This document shows positions 32,901 to 37,231 of a DNA stretch of 37,231 nucleotides, one piece after another. Below the pieces are notes generated by a model. The model was not told where the DNA came from, did not search any database, and saw nothing but the letters and a program-made list of their open reading frames with translations. Numbering within the stretch: position 1 is the first letter of the stretch; every line of letters starts with the position of its first letter. A program made the translations under genes and the position numbers. Source of the stretch: Catajapyx aquilonaris. Lineage: Eukaryota. The stretch covers positions 1 through 37,231 of the forward strand of contig KZ538994.1 of the NCBI GenBank assembly GCA_000934665.2, given 5' to 3'.

Positions 32901-33449
32901 TAGCGACCATTTAAAGATGCAGGATATTTCGGCCATATCGCTCAAATGGACATCCACACTCCAGTACTGCAGATGCCTAATTACACGTACATCAAGGCCC
33001 GCGTAGCTTTTTAAAGAAAAATCTGTGCTTGTTTTTTAAAGTAAAAAAACTCCCCAAAGTAACAGGTGGTGCACTGCGTTTTTATTTGCATTGGCTGTTC
33101 TATTGTCAGATAAGATGTTACTTGCCTACGTAGCAGCGTAAATGATATTTAATGCGTGTATGTGACTACGGTTTGCTTTCAGCGTTTCAAACATGCATTA
33201 GTTCTTGTGCAGTCCAAGAGCGGGGAGAAAGGAGTGGTTATATGGGTCCCATCATCGAGTGCAAATTTGCTTCTTTTGCTTTGTGCGAAGCGACAGTTAC
33301 GTGTCATAATGGATGCTTCTCTCTAATAGTCCGGATGCTAAGGGTTTTAACTTTGCATTTTGTGATAAAAGTATGAAACTCGGTACACTCCTTCTTTGGA
33401 CATTTCTGAGAATATCTGGAAGTGGGCCCACGATGGGTGCTGACNGGGG

Positions 33450-33730
33450 GGTTGTGTTCGAACCCGGTGTTGTATACGGTAGTAGACAGTAGCGCCATAC
33501 GGCCAGGGGGGAAACTAGCCAAGGGGGGTTCACCACCTCACCACCCACTCCCCACCAGTTGGCTACTTGTACGGATGAAGCAAGCACGGAATAAACGAGT
33601 GCTACGAGACTGTGAGAGACTTTACTAGTGTACTGTACAGTAGCCTACAACACCCACCATTATACCGGACACAACACCCGGGACCTTAACATCCGTGGGT
33701 GCGTACGTTACCGCAGCGCCACTTCGCTTC
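33450..33730 (-). mobile_element. Remnant SINE head (same family as 6705-7159) split by a solo LTR
   Basis: Rejoined minus strand GAAGTGGCGCTGCGGTAACG...CACGGATG...GGTCCCGGGTTCGAA matches the head at 7095-7152. Confidence 0.7.
33468..33676 (+). mobile_element. Solo LTR, 209 bp
   Basis: TGTTGT...ACAACA termini, 5-bp TSD CCCGG (33463-33467, 33677-33681), and internal AATAAA at 33590-33595. Confidence 0.8.
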
Positions 33731-36141
33731 TCACTGGTTACATAATATTACCACAACATTGTACTATGAGTAACTCCCAAGGGTCGATACTTTACGGGAC
33801 ACCCTATACTCAGAGCGTTTATTTACATGAAAGATGACGCCGCAGCCGCGTCACCTTGGTATGTTAGACTCAGCTTGGCTCCCTCCCAGTGGATTGTGGG
33901 GTTGTCAGGGTAGTTAAGTCACCATCCAAGAGATGGCAGGAGTATAGTGAACCTCATTTGGACCCGCAGAGTTCGAATTCTCTGTGCACATTTTAGCACG
34001 CCAAATTCAAAAATCCGCAGATGCTCATATGATGCTCGTCTCCCCTCAACAGCTTAAAACTATCAGTAGTTGCAAACATTAGTGTTATCGTTTGGTACGT
34101 GTAACCAATTACCTTCCCAAAATCATTACAATTTGAAGCGTATGGCCACGCGTAATTAGACAGCATTCTGTGCAAAAAATAAACCATGCCGAACATCACT
34201 TGCCACCGCACCTTTTGTTCTGCAACGCAAATTTTCCTGGTCACATGACCAATAACATCGCTATCCAATTATCTCATAAAAGTTCATTATGATACCACTG
34301 ACAGTGAGTTGAGCTACATTTTCTGATTCGTATCCGGCTGTATTTCACGTATAGCCTACATATAGCAGGGTGTGTCGTATACGAGGACATGATATTTCAA
34401 AGCCTATAATACTGGGACATAGGCCTTCCAGGTTTTCAAAAAAATCAGACATACAGTGTTAGTGGTTATGCAAAGCTTACGAAATATAAGCTCAGGGCTT
34501 GTGTATGGCACTTCATCCTTCAAACCATACGTATTTGCGTAATTAAAATAATTTCCAGAAAAATAATACTTATCTTTAAGTGTGTCCCGCGGCCCACACT
34601 GCACTGGTGGGATGTGACTTACCCAAAAATACGCTCCTCGATTCGTATCTGACGTGCAATTTTATCATTCTTGAAATAAAAATGAACTATGAGGTGATAT
34701 TCCCAAGGATATTCCCGCCCAGATGGACCACGCTCCAATAGTTTCAGATCCATTGCTTTCCAGAACCCAGTCAGAGTCAATAGTAGGACGAAGTACATTT
34801 CTCTCCAAAAGTGCCTAATTCCTCTCCTCTCCCTTCTTTAAAAAATATAAAACCGTAACCTTCATGAGAAGCACGGGATTCAACAGCAGAGAATCCCAAG
34901 GTTTTCCTGATCACGCTGCCCTCTTTCCCAACCGAAATCAAATTGCCATTTTGATCAGTCCCTCTCGGAAAGGGACACAACAAGTTTAAGGTAATATGAT
35001 AGAAAGAAAATGTGATTAGAGGCTCTTGAACTACGTGATAAACTACAGAAAACTTGTAAGCAAAGTTGGAACATTTGAAAAGAAATTTGTAAGCTTGCTT
35101 TATGTTACGTGTAGCTACCACACCAAATAAGCTGTCTACGACTAATTAAAATCTTTCATTCCTAGTGAAAGGAAAAGTTAGACAATATGTTATTGTCCCA
35201 TCTTCTCACCTACTCTCTTTTAATCAACCTTTCTCTGCCTTCTAAAGTGACAAGTTTGCTACAATTATCATAAAATCATGAGCTAAAGTTAGAGGTGACA
35301 GAGATGGGAAAGGTAAAAGGGGAAGCGTTATTAACCAAATTTGGCGAAAAAATAAGCATAGGAAAGGGAGGCAGCGCGCATCATTACGAGTCACCACCTT
35401 CTTTCAGAATCCTAAAGAAGAAGGCACGTACCAGATCCAATTCTTACAGACCTGTAGATGCAAAGATCACGTACTCTGAAGGACGATCTAACAAGAAAGC
35501 TAAGTATTTTGTTTGCTTTAATATACCTAAAAGCTAAGTTTCCTAACAGCAACTAGTATGCATAATATATTATAAAATTTGCATTTTAGTTTCGAGGCAC
35601 ATATAATAAGATAATTTGAGAATTAATGAGCTATCATTTATTATACAGCATAGGTCTACTGCAATGTTAATTCCTGCATGCTGTGTATCAAACTTTAAGT
35701 CATGTACTATAATATAGTCCATTATTCCCACGGCATACCGTATATTAATACTCGTATATGCTGCGTATATGTCAAATATATATGATATATGATGCAGAGC
35801 TTCAGTATAGTGAAATAAAAAATACAGGGTGTTCCAAGTTAGTGGGTAGTTTTTAGTTCCCGGTATCACTAATATTTCCCAAAGCAGGTTATTTTTGTGT
35901 AGCTAGTTGAGTCCCGATCTAGGTGCCCAATTACTCCCAGGTGGTCGAATATAGCAGTTTCTATTATAATAAAGCACCTAGTTAGGAGCGAAACAAGCTT
36001 TAAAAAATAACAGCTTCTTCACTATCATCCATTCTTTTCCCCTCCTCCCTTCCCTCCCACCAGCACCAGATCTCCTATTCCCGATACTTTACTGTATGCA
36101 AGAGATGATAATATTTGTACTGTATGCACATGGATGCAAAT

Positions 36142-36364
36142 GGGAAGTTTGACTATGACGAGGAGTTGAAGTCCAGCGGGGGAATGGCTGGCGGCAAACT
36201 CCTATGACGCACGCATACAAAATCTTCTGTAACTCTATGACACATGTCTAGATTTGGCTGGAAACTATGTTGAACAAAAGTAGACAGTTGAACCTTTCAG
36301 GTGTTCGTAATATTAATGTAGTTTTTCAAATAAAAAACGGAACTTACTTTCTTGATGCGCCTCG
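36142..36364 (+). mobile_element. 3' remnant of a mariner transposon
   Basis: KFDYDEELK...EWLAANSYDARIQNLL*LYDTCLDLAGNYVEQK* is a mariner transposase C-terminus. It is followed by the TIR-like CGGAACTTACTTTCTTGATGCGCCTCG|TA. Confidence 0.8.
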
Positions 36365-36504
36365 TATAACAAACACATTTACAGGTTCATGTTCTTCATT
36401 ATGAATGTGTTTGAAACCATTTTCATTCCTGTAGTTCCTAAATTAACTTTCAAAAGTAATAGCTTGAAATTCAAGTATTACTAGCAAACCTTTAGGCAAT
36501 TGTA

Positions 36505-36702
36505 ATCGCCTAGATTTTCGATTGCACGTACTCTGAAGATACGGACATGATATTTTTTACAAATAATAACAGATATACTTACACGTTCATGCTCTACACG
36601 ATGTATGTGTTGGAGACAATTTCCTCATTTAGAAGTTCCTAAATTAATTTTCAAAAAGATCGCTGTAAAAAAACTCGAAATTCAGGTTTTACCGGCTAAC
36701 TG
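36505..36702 (+). repeat. Diverged partial copy of 6461-6688
   Basis: Shared blocks ATCGCCTAG, CACGTACTCTGAAGA, TTTTACAAATAATAACAG, ATGCTCTACAC and TTGGAGACAATTT occur in the same order. Confidence 0.7.
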
Positions 36703-37231
36703 TGAGGCTGGTAACTGCCGGCTTTCTGGGTAGTCCTTCCTAATGGCTGCAATGCAAAAATCCTGAAAGTGCCATGTTATTATTTGTAACACATAAATAT
36801 GTAGAAAAGTTGGTCAACACATGAACAGAAATTGTTAGATGCTGTGACGTTACTACAGTATCAAATTATGAGGTTTGTGGCTCGATGAGGGCTCATTCTT
36901 GGAATTAGTTCGGTTCTGCAGTAAAAGTAACAGCATTTTCTGACCAGGTTCTGTTAAAAATTTAATCGATTTAGATATGAACATTATTTTAATGATTGCA
37001 CAGTTTTCCAATCTTAATTATATGCAGAAACTCATACTTCAGAGCAGCCCATGGACACTACCCCTATCTTCTGGGCTTATCACCTGCCGAGGGATTATAC
37101 GCACCGGGTGCTCACCTGAGACCGCCACGACACATTTCCCAGAGCAATCATGTGGCGACCCTACCGGACTAAGGCTGAACTTTATAGGTACGAAGGGGAG
37201 GGCTACATGCTGGCCCAACATGGCCGCCGGC

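Noticed and set aside
32402..35537. Scattered 60-114-aa ORFs as exons of a further gene
   Set aside because: No consistent strand, splice-phase chain or recognisable domain.

Overview
Eukaryotic genomic DNA, most likely from an arthropod (spliceosomal introns, tRNA-derived SINEs, TTAGG-type repeats). Bases 1-27.3 kb are a dense nest of mostly non-autonomous transposons. Many have readable terminal inverted repeats (TIRs) and target-site duplications (TSDs): PIF/Harbinger-, Chapaev3-, piggyBac-, Tc1/mariner/pogo-, Kolobok-, hAT-, Sola1-, Mutator-, Academ- and Helitron-like elements, nested up to four levels deep, and several are near-perfect foldbacks. Superfamily names rest on terminus/TSD rules and recalled protein motifs, not on database searches. 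Two intact minus-strand genes are present. One is a 353-aa coiled-coil ORF that resembles the N-terminal half of a tektin (10933-11994). The other is a two-exon BC-box + leucine-rich-repeat gene, a putative Elongin BC/Cullin-2 ubiquitin-ligase adaptor (27755-29990). Removing nested insertions in silico reveals a decayed, spliced SAM-domain gene (about 19.3-23.0 kb). The Academ element carries transposase pieces scrambled across both strands. The last 7 kb holds a solo LTR inside a SINE head and a mariner remnant. I found no CRISPR array, rRNA or functional tRNA, and no clearly novel multi-gene system. Most short ORFs in the track are repeat noise.
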